Below, piece after piece: positions 40,740-53,874 of a stretch of DNA of 64,000 nt; the stretch's first letter is position 1, and each line of letters begins with the position of its first letter. This stretch comes from Octopus vulgaris. Its lineage: Eukaryota. The translations under genes and the position numbers were made by a program. Where the stretch lies: contig OX597821.1 in assembly GCA_951406725.2 (NCBI GenBank), positions 52,824,001 to 52,888,000 of the forward strand, in the 5' to 3' direction. Under the pieces are notes generated by a model. That model ran no database searches. It was given only the letters and a program-made list of their open reading frames with translations, and was not told the origin of the DNA.

Positions 40740-41225
40740 GGTAAGTATTTCGTAAAGAACCCGTTCGTACTTCGGTGTGAAATTATTTTTTCCACAGATT
40801 TTTTCGAGTGCATTCAACGTATCTCACCTCGAAACCCACCGCAAGTCACTTCCTTCTGAAAAAGAAAGTGGAGAGTGTTGTGGGGATCTTAGAGTTTTCC
40901 ACCGACAGAGTTTTGTTTCGTGAGTTCTTTTCTCTTTTCCAAGTTATTTCGCATGCTTCCAACGAATGTGACATCGAAATCACGTGTAAACGGTTCCTTT
41001 CATCAGAAAAGGAAAGAATTGGCTGCTACCTCTTGCACGTCCTGCTACCACGAAACAGTTATTTCGGGTCCTTTACCACAAATATCTGTTACGTGGTTGC
41101 AGGGCGTGCTAAGAATTGCAGCCAAATCTTTGGAGGCGAGATTCATTGAATGTACTCGAAAAACTCCTGTGGAAAAAATTATTTCACACCGAAGTTATGA
41201 ACAGATCTTTTACGAAATATTTACC
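40740..41225. repeat. ~490-bp imperfect fold-back element
   Basis: GTAAGTATTTCGTAAAG...ACTTCGGTGTGAAATTATTTTTTCCACAG...TTTTCGAGTGCATTCAA is reverse-complementary to 41145-41225. Inner pairs include TGTTTCGTG/CACGAAACA. Confidence 0.8.
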
Positions 41226-41667
41226 GTATCTTTAAGGTCATTTCCACTTCAAAATACTTTTAAAAATGCCAATAACTGTTTTTGCAATGAAGATAATTTT
41301 TAAAACGATTAAAATATTGTCTGTCAAAAGAAAGCTAAAATATAAATACTTACTGTACAAACAGCTTACATCTTTGAAATCACATTCACATAAAAATATT
41401 TCTAAATGCTTAAAATATTGTGTTTAACAAAAGCGAAAATAGAAACATTTACTGTAAGAAAAACATATTGTATATTTTGTTGGGAAAGTAAACTCAAAAT
41501 GTGTCTAATCGAAAGGTTAGAGTTTCTTCCTTTTCACGGTTAAGTTATTTTCGGAGTATTTTCCCATTATACGCCAATTTGGCTTTGTAACAGTGCAAGA
41601 CAGCACAATTGATGTTCATTTTTAATATAATGTAAATGACTATAAGTATTTGAGTGATGATATGTGA

Positions 41668-41756
<89 letters not shown>

Positions 41757-42153
41757 TATGTGGGCACAGGACGTCATGAAACTTGTACAAAAATGTACGA
41801 AGTACGAGTAGATGGAACATGAATTATTTTTCGAACAACGAGAGACAGAAATGGAAAGCAAAACAATCATAAAGAACGACCACTCATCAGTTATTGATTG
41901 TTTCTCTAGTCTCGTATTTCGAACATTTAACAACAATATACGCTTTCGATAAGACAGTTGCTCTCGTAAAGCCAATTAAATAAAACTTGTGATTTTCGGA
42001 GAGTAAAAATATGTAACACCAACAGGACAGTGAAAACAAACAAGAAGGGCTAGTGAGCGTAAACGAGGTTGTGGTGTTGAACGAGTAAATCAAGCTAGGA
42101 CAGGAGACAAACAAGAACACAAATTCCTTGTTCCAGCTACATCCTATATATGC

Positions 42154-42221
<68 letters not shown>

Positions 42222-42225
<4 letters not shown>

Positions 42226-42602
42226 AAGAGTTATAGAATGGAGTAGATCAAATCCGAGCTACATTTGTTTCATTGCGAGTGGATCCTTGGAAATGGGAAA
42301 TATCTAAGCGAGGTGTATAAAGCAGACTACTCTTCAGGCCAAGGGTATCTTGATTAAATGGAGCTTACATAGACGTTAGGAGACCCATGTTAACACACGG
42401 AGGATTCGATCAGAATGCGTGATCAAATCCTCCATGAGATAACATGGGCTTCTGAACGATAAAGTAAACTGTATTTAATCAAGATACTGTTGGCCTGAAG
42501 ACTAGTCTGCAGTATACACCTTGCTTGTTTATTTACTTTCGAGGTTCCGCTCGCTATGAAACATATCTAGCCCGGATTTTATCTACTCCATAACACTTGG
42601 AT
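42222..42602. repeat. ~380-bp fold-back palindrome with ~190-bp arms and a 7-nt loop at 42413-42419
   Basis: Paired words: ATCCAAGAGTTAT/ATAACACTTGGAT, TGGAGTAGAT/ATCTACTCCA, TCTTCAGGCCAA/TTGGCCTGAAGA, GTATCTTGATTAAAT/ATTTAATCAAGATAC, CCCATGTTA/TAACATGGG, GGAGGATT/AATCCTCC. Confidence 0.92.
42257..42340 (-). ncRNA. Type I hammerhead-like motif in the left palindrome arm (mirror copy at 42492-42572, +)
   Basis: GGC CTGAAGA GTAGT-(long loop)-GCAAT GAAAC AAAT GTA GCT. Mirror copy: GGC CTGAAGA CTAGT...GCTAT GAAAC ATAT CTA GCC. Confidence 0.6.
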
Positions 42603-42821
42603 TTATATTTGCATACCTGGCAACTGAGGCTGCCTACCATGAAATATAATTTTTTTCCATCTTATCGTACTTCGATACGGAAGAAATACACAACATTCTG
42701 CCTCAATGAACCATTATTGTTTCCGAAAGTTGTTTTTTTTTAAATATTTTCTACGGATTATTTGAAATCACCTCCTTCCTGCACTTCGATCCTTGGAGGT
42801 CTATCTCTCTCTCTTAATTTC

Positions 42822-42886
<65 letters not shown>

Positions 42887-43332
42887 GTATAAACGAGTCA
42901 GTTGCTTTTATCTGACAATTGTATGAATATAAAACCATAAAATTAAAGTAGGGTACACATACGATGTATGTACCTTCTCAAAAAGATTATAGATTTATAT
43001 ATAAAAATGCAACTTCTTATTTTCCATTCAATCTATGTCTCAGGCATTTATTGCATGTCTCTTCTTCTGGCAGGAAACGTGACTGGAATTCAGGATGTAA
43101 TTATATATGCATGTGCGCATACATTTATTCCTTTACTCTTTTATTTGTTGCAAACTATGGACTGAAGCAATTCTGGGGCACAGTGTTGAAGGGATTAAGT
43201 GACTGAAATCTAACAATACGTATTTTAATTCTGCTATTTACTTTCCCGGCACTCTTTTACGGAACTGCTTAAGATGGGGACGTAAATAAACATGCTCCAT
43301 CCAAGCAGTGACAATAAGCACACGCAGCGCTG

Positions 43333-43414
<82 letters not shown>

Positions 43415-43470
43415 CCTATCTATCTCTTTATCTATATGTCTATCTGTCTGCTTGGCTTGGTGCTTGTCCG

Positions 43471-43543
<73 letters not shown>

Positions 43544-43949
43544 TTATCTATATATCTACCTACCTACCTTCTTACCTACCTACCTACCTACTTATGCATG
43601 TATGTATCTATCTATCTATTTATCTATTTATCTATCGGTCTTTCTGTTTACCTACCTACCTACAATAACCAAATAAGATATTCCAGTCTATTATACCGAT
43701 ATTTAAGGACAGAACTATTTCTACATATTACTGAAGATGTTTCCCTTTAATGACTGCATAATTATATAATTGTACACCTTGAAACATCGATATCCATTTC
43801 GGTATGACTCAATCGTAGATATCTCATCTTTTTTGTTATAACTAGAGATAGTTATCTTTGCCAAAATCACGCGCACTCCTCATTTGATTTTCACTTTATT
43901 ATTATTATTATTATTAATATTACTAACTAACCCCGCCCCCGTAGCACTT

Positions 43950-44745
43950 GTAAGCCAAGGACATCATGAATAGATTCTAGATGTTCTTGGTCTGGCAATG
44001 CTACTGAGGGAAAGCTACCTATTCGGGATAAACTCCAAAGGCATGTATGTGCTGTCAGAGTGGCTTGTCCGGGGTGTGCGCAGAGTGAAGAAACCGTACT
44101 GCACGCACTCGTTCAGTATTCGGGCATTGCTGACTCGTGGAGATATGTCGAACAGCTGCTGTCATGTGTGTGACGGAATCGTCTATCGGCCGAATCCATC
44201 TTGATCATTGCCGTGCTGCTCATCTTCAGCGGTGGGGCAAATCAGTTTTTCTTTGCCTGGTAACTGTGGTTGTTTTGTGGACAAGGCTAAAAGCATGGCT
44301 ACAGCTACATTACTCTTCGGTAGAGCTCTCATTTACTTCTACAAGTTTCACTTGAAAAGGAAATTGAAGGTGGAGAGTAAAATGCTCTCCTCGAATGAGT
44401 TTAATGAAATTTGGGTGAAAGTTGCGAAAATGGCAAGTGTGGATGGTACCTTTCTAAGTGAAGGCCTGTAAGTCGAACACGCACTTGCTATTGGTGTCCA
44501 GGGATATCTCGGACTGTTGTATTCCTCGTTTATTGCTAAAGGTCAGCCTGTATCAGGAAAGCTACATCATTACCATCTCCCTGCCGTTTCTTTAAATACT
44601 ATGTATATTTCCGTTCCTTTTCAATGTATACCGTGTATACTTACATTGATTTTCTTGTTATTCAATTATTTTATCATTTAATTATATGTAAATATTTGTA
44701 TTGTACCCCTCATCATTCACCCTGGAGGGGGGCAAATAAATGAAA
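43950..44745 (+). mobile_element. 3' end of a Tx1/L1-group LINE (C-terminal cysteine-rich region and 3' UTR)
   Basis: Reads LVWQCY*GKLPIRDKLQRH...ACPGCAQSEETVLHALVQ...SWRYVEQLL and FHLKRKLKVE...FNEIWV. AATAAA at ~44735 precedes (AAT)/(AGT) repeats. Confidence 0.78.
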
Positions 44746-44766
44746 TAATAACGATAATAATAATAA

Positions 44767-44826
<60 letters not shown>

Positions 44827-44862
44827 AGTAGTAATAATAATAATTATTATTATTATTATTAT

Positions 44863-45560
44863 TGAGCGAGAGAGTTGTGCATGCAATCACAGTAACACCG
44901 GTGTAAAATATACGAAGCCCAGTACCCGTCTGATAGGGGTACACCAGGCACATGCATCACAACTATATGTTTGACGTGCCGATCTCATATCAAGATAAGC
45001 AGCGCATAACCTCGCAGGTGGGGCCCAGTTAGAATTTTCTCCGGGTCGTGCAGCCCACCCCGCTCAAAAAGTCTTTGAATAAGGATTGTTTAAAGATGTC
45101 GAACGAAACACCCATGTTTCCAGGGATGAATTATTCAGCCCTTAAAGAAATCCTCTCAACACATGGTTTAGGATAATGCGAATAGAGGATTCATAGCTTG
45201 CTATTCCTAGTGTCTAGACATAATTCAGTGTCTAAAACAGGTGGAGTTGAATATTTGGTGTAACCATGTTGCTGTGATGATTTCATGAGTTACTTTTCTT
45301 TATCTGCATTGATTTTTAAATATATAATTGTACTGAATTATTATTCAACACAAGGCTATGATATTTCCCCACTATTTCTCCTCGTGATTAGAGATGCACA
45401 TATCGTCAACAACCAAGGGACATGCTCAACTGGTTAAGGTCAAACAACTGACAAGAAAATCTGTTATATTGAGCAGAATATTTGCTGTAGCCCATCTTTT
45501 ATAGCAAGACAAAATAATGTACATGATAACACTTCCAATCAGTTAAGATCGGAAGCATGA
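44863..45560 (-). repeat. Dispersed non-coding repeat ending in (AAT)n, with further partial copies at 5150-5417 and 24980-25147
   Basis: Shared words ATATACGAA.CCCAGTAC, CATGCATCAC, CAGCGCAT, CCCAGTTA.AATTTTCT, TTGTTTAAAG with 5150-5417. GGGACATGCTCAA.TGGTTAA.GTCAA is shared in reverse complement with 25020-25050. Confidence 0.65.
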
Positions 45561-47235
45561 GAGTCACATGTAGCATGTGAACATATGTAAACATAATTTG
45601 TTACTCATGAAGAATGTCTTTCAATGAGGCTGAATTCGATCCATGAGGTTGCGAAGCAAACTTGTTATCATACAGTCATGCCTGCGCTTGTATATATGTA
45701 AGCACAGTTACATTTAACAGTTATTTACAGATATCACTAATATTGTCACTCAGACTACATTTCTGTGATTTATCCCTAATACATCTCACTAAGGTTTCCA
45801 AGCATTTATTGATATTTTGTATCAGTCTTGTTATAAAGTATTGATTTGAAGTGCTATCAGAGATTATCTGATGCGTATTTACTGACCACCATATCCCCAT
45901 AACGTAACATGTGTAACATTTAAACATCTTTGTAAAAATATTATGATGCAAAATTTCATACCCGTTCTTATTTAAGTTAATCGTAATTAAAATGAATGTT
46001 TCTGAGCGTATTTGCATAATGGTTCAGAAGAACAAGCGTGTGTATATGTGTTCGGTTGTGTGCGCATGTGTATGTGATAGAGATAGAATGTGTATACATG
46101 TGTCTTTAAAATAAACATGCATAATGAGATATTTACAGGTATCACGTGATTGTGCGCATGTGTGGACAAATATATATTGTATATTTCTAGGCACATGTGT
46201 ATACATGTCCCACCTTTATGTATATAGCATACATTAACATACATGTGTATACTCAGACGTCAATATAGCTATATACACTTATATACATTGGACAAAATAT
46301 TTGTTTTTAATATCTGCAGTCATCAAATACTTTTTCGATATTTCTCTTTATTTTAGTTTTAATATTTTAATTTCTTATTTCAAGATGTTTCCTGATTTCT
46401 TCGAGATTTTATTGGAATTTGGTGGATTTGGTGAAAATGCAAATAGTCACGAATTATATTGGAGAAAAAAGAAATATACGAAGAACAGATTGAATGGCAG
46501 TATAGAATTGTAAGATAGAATGTAGTATAAAATAGCAGCACAGAACAGTAAAGTTTATATACAATGAGAAACAGGAAAGAAATATTGTTGATGTTTACTA
46601 CATAGCCATCCCTAAACAAGTAAACCTATAAAGACATCCCAGTCGTGACCATCCCATCTTGTTGTATCTCTAAGACAACATTATCTATTGTGATCTCTCT
46701 TTTCTATACATATGGCATAGCGTGATTGGAGGTAGATTTGCATGATGTTGCTTACATATTCATTGACTAAGGAGTTGTATTTCGTATTTACCTATAGATT
46801 GGTTTGATCGAATATACATGTATTTGTGCGTGCGTGGGCGTGCGTGTGCGTGCGTGTTCGAATGTATTTAGAGAAAGAATTCATGGCAGTATATAAAAGG
46901 ATTGATGAAAAGAATATGAAAATCAACCAGGCAAGTTTCAAGTGTTACGTAATCTATTCTCTAATATTGATCAACATAGTAACTACACAGGTCCAGATGG
47001 AATCACAGCACCACAATAAGATGACGTAGGACGTGAAAATTGTAATAAGTAACAATACGATTTTTCATTCACATATCAGGAAGATATAAAAATATGTCCT
47101 AGTTTGTTGGGATGAATGCTCAGATCATTCAGAGCTTGTTCTGCGCTCGCAAGTATAATCGCCAAATAATGCGAGGTGTAGTATTAAAGTGGAGGACTCT
47201 GAGAGGACTATATGAAAAACAAAATATACTATACT

Positions 47236-47597
47236 CAGGCGTGGTTTCCCAACCACATGGTTCCAGGTTCAGTCCTACTGTGTCACAGCTTGAGCATGTG
47301 TCTTCTACTATAGCTTCGGGTAGACCGGAGCCTTGAAAGCGGATTTAGTAGACGGAAGCTAAAAGAAGCCCGTCATGTGAGTGTTTGTGTGTCTATGTTT
47401 GTCCCCCACCACTGCCATACAAACGGTGTTGGTGTGTTTACGTCCCAGTAACATAGTGGTTCGGTAAAGAGACTGGTAGGGTAGCTACCAGGCATAACAG
47501 AGAAATAGTTACTGGGGTCGAGGCATTCGGCTAAAAATTCCTCAAGGCGGTGCCTCAGGATGGCCGCAGACTAATGACTGAAACGAATAAAAGATAA
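47236..47597 (+). mobile_element. SINE family A copy
   Basis: CCAACCACATGGTTCCAGGTTCAGTCC ... GTCTTCTACTATAGC ... GTTTACGTCCC ... ATGGCCGCAG ... ATGACTGAAAC, homologous to 54203-54617. Confidence 0.8.
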
Positions 47598-48459
47598 TGG
47601 TTACTCCAAATGAGTTACTAGGGCAGAGTAAAAGATCTAAAACCCTTTCTATGGGAACAAAAAGGTGAAATAAATACAATGCTATTTCGAGATTTCGGGA
47701 TGGCTGGTCTATAAATTTCGCATTCAAAACTTGAAACTTTTTTAAAGGGGAAGCCATTTTACAGATCTAAAAGCCAACTCACTTCTTTAGGAATGAGAAC
47801 AATATAATTTAACGGTCTGGGATAGAATGTTCCGGAATCCTCCAATGGTGTTCCGTAAGATATAAAACGTGAGAAGTAATTGTTAATAAATTTGACGTGT
47901 AATCATATAATTGGACACGGTACTGTGCACAATACGGGACAAAGTTACATCACGGCAAGAGACACAAAAGGAGGCGGCAACATAATATTTCGTCATTTAT
48001 CATTTGCTGAACGAAGATTTAAGAGTCATGCGATGGTTCAGTATGGCTACTGACATATGACTCAAATAGTTATAAGTGTTTGTGTGTGTGTATGTGTGTG
48101 TGCGTGCGTACGTATATATATATATATATATTGCTTATATTACTTAGATAACTTGGATATATTTCGGCCAAAGATTGCCCCAGGCCATGTCTAACTGAAC
48201 AGCGCCACTTGATAAGATCTGTTACAACGTTTTAAAGTTCTGTGGTGTCATGCTATTGACTGAGATGTATCCAGATACAATCTACGTGTCGTCCAGGTTT
48301 CGTTTGAAGGCGATAGGATCTTTTTCTCCTTTGATTTGTTATGGGATAACTTTAGAGAAATTATGTGCTGCGATCCTGAATTGTGTAGGGGGTGGGATAA
48401 TGCATGTAGCATCGAATTTAAATACACACACATATACACATTTCGTGAATATTATATGG

Positions 48460-48496
<37 letters not shown>

Positions 48497-49751
48497 CATA
48501 TATGTATGCGTATGTATATGTATATATAATATATAATATATATATATATATTAAATTATATATACGTCTACATGTGTGAATATATACATATAAATTCATT
48601 TATACATGCATATATATGCGCGTGTATGTATATTTGAACATATTTATATATACACATATGTGTATCTGTATATAGATATTCATTCATATATGTATATCTA
48701 CGCGTGAGTGTGAGGGCGTGCAGAGTTAAATGTAACTGGGTAAAAGAATCACCTCCACCAAGATTTATTTAATTTCAATCTCTCGTTGGTCGTCAGCTAA
48801 GTACTGGTGATATACTACGTCTTTAAAATCGGTCATACACGTTCTTCATATATTTGCAACATAGTGTGAATATGAAAAGTAAATGTATATTACACAGGTT
48901 GGGCATTGGGGTAAGAGATAAGCTTCCGGCAAGTTGAGATTTCCATCGGGTTTTCAATTCACGAGCAGACCCACTCAAATACAAAGGCTATTTAAGCACT
49001 TCAAACAATTATGACCGCTGTCACACAGTTCAGCTTATTGAAGAACATATTCGCTGAGCCTCGGCGATAAACTTGCCTTATATTTATACATGCAGAAATA
49101 CATATAAACCTAAATACACGCACGCGTACACATATCCATCTATCTATCTATCCATCCATGTGTGTGTGTGTGTGTGTGTGTGTGTTTGTGTGTGTGTGTA
49201 ATGTGTGTATTCACTGCAACACAGTTTCTATCCCTTGATTGTTCTGTTCAAGCAGCAGATATATGTAACTTTACAGACGTGCTAGGGATAAGCAGCCTTT
49301 TACAGAGATATGGCAGCGATATTTTACAGAGATATGGCTGCTGTTATTCAGAATGTTACCACCCACGCTGACACATGCCTACGGCGGGGTGCTAAAGAAT
49401 GCCTGGTTTTAAGGATATCGCGAAAGGCCAGGCTGGAAGTTCAACCTACCGAGTTCTTTTACAGGGTTTTAAAAAAAATGAAGGACCGCAGCAATAAGAG
49501 GGAAATAGGTTGAATAGAATCATAATTAAATGATGTCCCTGTATCTTCAATTAGCCAAAGCCAGGAACTTTCTAGCACCTCCTCAAATATTCCATCATGG
49601 AATATTTTATTGAGTATTTTACCTTCTTCAGCTGCGTCCAACCTTATTAAATAACGCATAATGAAGGAGTTAAAAGTAAGTGGATACTGTTCCAGGAGCT
49701 TTTAAATTGAGGAAAAGCCTTGCACAGCACCAATACCATTCCGTAAGCAAA

Positions 49752-49940
49752 ACGGTCACTCTCAGTGCTACTTATAACATGCATCCAGTAAAACCTGCCA
49801 CGAGGTCGAACGGTATGCGATTAAATCAGCAACCCTACCCAGCCTGCTTGTTAAGGAGAGGGGTTTTCTATGGAAGGCATGCTGGACAAAAAAGAAAACT
49901 GTTAAAGGGTGGATGGATTCAATCAATGGCTATCTAACAG
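49752..49940 (+). repeat. Diverged copy of the 5' region of the 52050-52597 element
   Basis: Colinear shared words: GGTCACT, GCTACT, CCAGTA, AACCT, GGTCG, GCGA(C/T)TAAA, AACCC, AAAGGG(C/T)GGA, TCAA(C/T)GGC(C/T)ATC. Confidence 0.65.
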
Positions 49941-50029
49941 CTGGTTGTGACAGGTCTCTAGTCCTTTTTTAGGCTTTTTCTCAAAACTCTGATGCAACAA
50001 GTGCAACTTGGTTTACATTAATTGATGCA

Positions 50030-50087
<58 letters not shown>

Positions 50088-50101
50088 CACATATAAATAT
50101 G

Positions 50102-50170
<69 letters not shown>

Positions 50171-50441
50171 CTGTTTAGCAAACAATTTGCACATGCAAGG
50201 GCTAACATTCGAGAACTCCGCATACTGGAAGCCAGCAAGTGTAAGGGGTTATCTGGAGAGAATGCGTGCCGTTTCGGGGCCTACCTCTCGACGACATCAA
50301 TGCGCACCGGCCCCACTCACTGATATAATGCCTCGCTTGCTAGATCAACTTGTTATCAAATAAAGCGGGTTATTCTACTGTTCTTAATGCCTCCTTTCTA
50401 AACCTTAACTTTTAATTTTAAATTTAACTTTTCTATCTATC

Positions 50442-50538
<97 letters not shown>

Positions 50539-50554
50539 GTGTGTGTGTGTAAAC

Positions 50555-50708
50555 AGTAAAAGAGTCAAAAGGAAGAGTAAGTACGGTTAGGCAGCTTTTT
50601 AATCGCTACAAAAGTTTCGATACACACAGATCCTCGTATATACAGGATTTAATGTCAAGATTACAAAGCTGCCTAACCGTACTTACGTTTCCTTTAGACT
50701 ATTTTACT
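50555..50708. repeat. 50-bp inverted repeat with a 54-bp spacer, probably a Penelope-type terminal-repeat remnant
   Basis: GTAAGTACGGTTAGGCAGCTTT / AAAGCTGCCTAACCGTACTTAC is a perfect 22-bp core. The spacer carries TCGAAAC-TTTT-GTA-GCGAT on the minus strand. Confidence 0.8.
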
Positions 50709-51930
50709 TTTTAATTTTTACTTTCACACACGAGGAATACCTAAGACTAGAATCGGTAGCATACCATAAGAATAAGGATACTACCGGCTATTTGGGAATT
50801 CTAAGGGTGAACGAGCTGTATTTGTACTCTTATACGTTCTTAACAGAACACACCTCAACTATATATAAACACATACACACTAGCAGGAAAAGGTATGCAC
50901 AGGAGTGATTATAATCATAATTAAATGAACGTGGAAAAGTACTAGACAAGAAGTAGCAGCTTAAAAATTATTACAACTGAAGATGGAATTAGTATTTAAA
51001 TGCTGTTTTTAAGAGGATTTCGCATGAAGAATAATTAAAGAGTAAACGAGTGTATGCTTGGGTAACATGTTAGTAATATGCTTACAATTTAAAGTGGCCA
51101 TTTTCTTTCACACTTCCAACTACGCTGAGTCTCAGAAAAAGAAATTAAATATTTTTCACTTTTGGCTTGGTTGGTCATACTCTATAGAAAACATAAATGT
51201 TGAGGTGGGAGTCATATGCTGGGGTTCCAGAGATTCACGGGCATAAATTCTTAATCCCTTTTCTGCAGTGAAAAAAAAAATTTCACTTTTTAGTAAAGGG
51301 AAGGTACAGCTCGCTAAAATCGCCATAACATTCAGCTCTCATTATTTCTGAACTGACAGAATCCTGCTGTTACAGGGCAAATTTAGATGTACCGGCTTAT
51401 ATTTCTCAATATCAGCTCAGCTATATTTAGAAAGTACGAGAAGAATGAAGCTGAGCATGTTTAACTTTTCAGAGACAGGCTACGTCTCCATCATATATGT
51501 GTATTTTATCGTTCCCCAGTTATATACCATATTTTATTTTACAAAGTGTTAGAATGGGGAAGTTCTATGTAAAATGAACTTCACAAAGATAATATAAAGT
51601 TGCGTTATGCTTTTACGTATGAATGAATCTAAAAGCAACTTATTTTAAATTCTAACTACAGCTACAGAAATTTTAAGCTTCAATTCTTTTTAACCTTTAC
51701 TTTTACAGGTTCAGTTTATTAAAAAAAATTACAACACATGCCAGCAATTTTTTCTGCTGGTCCACAATTTTATAGGCAAGGCATTCTTTTTTTCAGCCAA
51801 GAGAATATTTGCGATTGATAAAAAATTCTAAAGTACACGCATATACATGTTTCAAATACATATATGTATAGCAACCCATGCATCTATAAAAGTACGTACG
51901 CATACACGTCACGCACAGATAAACGTTTGT

Positions 51931-52015
<85 letters not shown>

Positions 52016-52049
52016 CATCTATCTATCTATCTATCTATATACACACATA

Positions 52050-52597
52050 TGGTGGCTACCCCTCGTTATCGAGTATGGCCATTGTAGGAAGCTTAATCAA
52101 TGTTGTTATAGTGCAATGCCTGTGCAAGAAGTTTTTTTTTAAAGTGAGGAAAGGCTGTGCACTGAGTCAATCCCACTCACTAAGCAACAGCAGCCATAAT
52201 CCGAAAAGAAGAACAAGTCAACATCATCGGTAACCACTGAGCCGCAGGTTTTATGTAGGAGTTATCCCAGTTACCTGAGTTACGTTCTCCTAGAAAATTG
52301 CCCTAACAAAGGCTGGGAGTCCTTCACTCCCAATGGTTTAACAGCGCGATCGGGTATTCAGTCCGATTATTTCTATGTCGCCGCGCATGATACAGCCTTA
52401 AGGCATTTATTGGATGGCCGTTGACTCTCAAGAGTTCCTCCGCCCTTTGATGGGTTTTGTTTTTCATCCCGCAGGGTGTCCAATAAACACCCTCCTCACC
52501 AAGCTTGGTTGGGTTACCGGTTTAGTCGCCGACGACCCGACCATGCAATAGGTTGTACTGGGTTACATATTACCAGTAGCCCTCGAAAGTGACCTGA
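52050..52597 (-). mobile_element. Probable non-autonomous RTE-derived element with a structured 5' end
   Basis: GC-rich island between (CATA)n and (TCTA)n. The 3' end ATGGCCATACTCGATAACGAGGGGTAGCCACCA resembles RTE tails. The 5' part has a diverged relative at 49752-49940 (+). Confidence 0.55.
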
Positions 52598-53707
52598 CAT
52601 ACATACATACATACATACATGGATGGCCATAAGCTACTTTATCCATTTCTTTATTAGTATCATAGTGGGTAAAGCGAATTATGGCCATTCCTGTATGTAT
52701 AAATAGGACGGGTTTCTTTTAGTTTCCGTCTGGCTTTGGTCGGCTGGGGCTGCAGTAAAAATCACATGCCAGATATGCCACGCAGTGAGACTGAACCTGG
52801 GTCCATTTAGATTGAAAGCGGTCTAATACATGCATACTGATATATGTGCTGGAGTATATATATTTTAATATAATCACTCAGCAGAGATAAAACTTAGAAA
52901 CTATATTGTCTAGTGAACAATCAGATAGTTTGCTAAGTTTCAAAATTCTGCGCTGCGGTAATTACGCATATTAATCGATCCCATATTTGATCGAATAAGA
53001 CTATACAGAGACAGGAAAATTTAAGTCCAACCTATAGTTATCAAAACTGCACCACACAGCTTGGAATAGATAAAATTTTGAGGGAAATAGATACTAGTAA
53101 ATAAAACAATTTTTGATTAATAAAAGATGTGGAGCGGTACTATACACAGACCTATTTAAGATTTGTATTTACCAGATCATGCTAGATTTCTGATATGATA
53201 CTTGCGTTCTTCAATACCACAGGGAGGCTTGAATATTAATTGTGACAAAATCCTACTCCATTTCAACTAGTCCTAACACGTTACTCGAAACCTGTGTATG
53301 TTAATTTAACGACGTTTAATTTCCATTCTTATATATTTGACACGCACATATATCTAAAGAAAATAATACCGGTACCATAAACATAAACAGAAAATTCCTC
53401 AGAAGCACAAAGCTATCACTTACACATGCCTTGAACACTTACGGGTATGTTTTAGAGTATATACATACACCTATATGCTACATACACATATATTACATGC
53501 ATATATGCCTGAATGAGGTCACTATTATTTACACATTTATATGTCATTAATAGATACAGCTTTTTACTTAGATTTTTATTTTAGGTTTCATTGATGAAAA
53601 ACATTCTATAGCATATCTTAAATTCTTTCATACACACACTCACACATATATAAATACATACAAATCTATATGTGTGTATTTAAATGTATATGCGTGCATG
53701 TGTATGA

Positions 53708-53757
<50 letters not shown>

Positions 53758-53874
53758 GTATGTATGTATATACACACATTTACCCTGTTATGTGTCTCAT
53801 CCCCAAAGCAGTGGTCATGCGACGGCACAGCCTGTGTCATCATCTATTGAATGAGGTAAATGGGCTGACACCAG

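Noticed and set aside
41820-41895. CTGATGAG...CGAAA on the minus strand (similar strings at ~40935-41010 and ~50262-50306)
   Set aside because: There is no valid combination of stem III, NUH triplet and stem I. At best these are heavily decayed.
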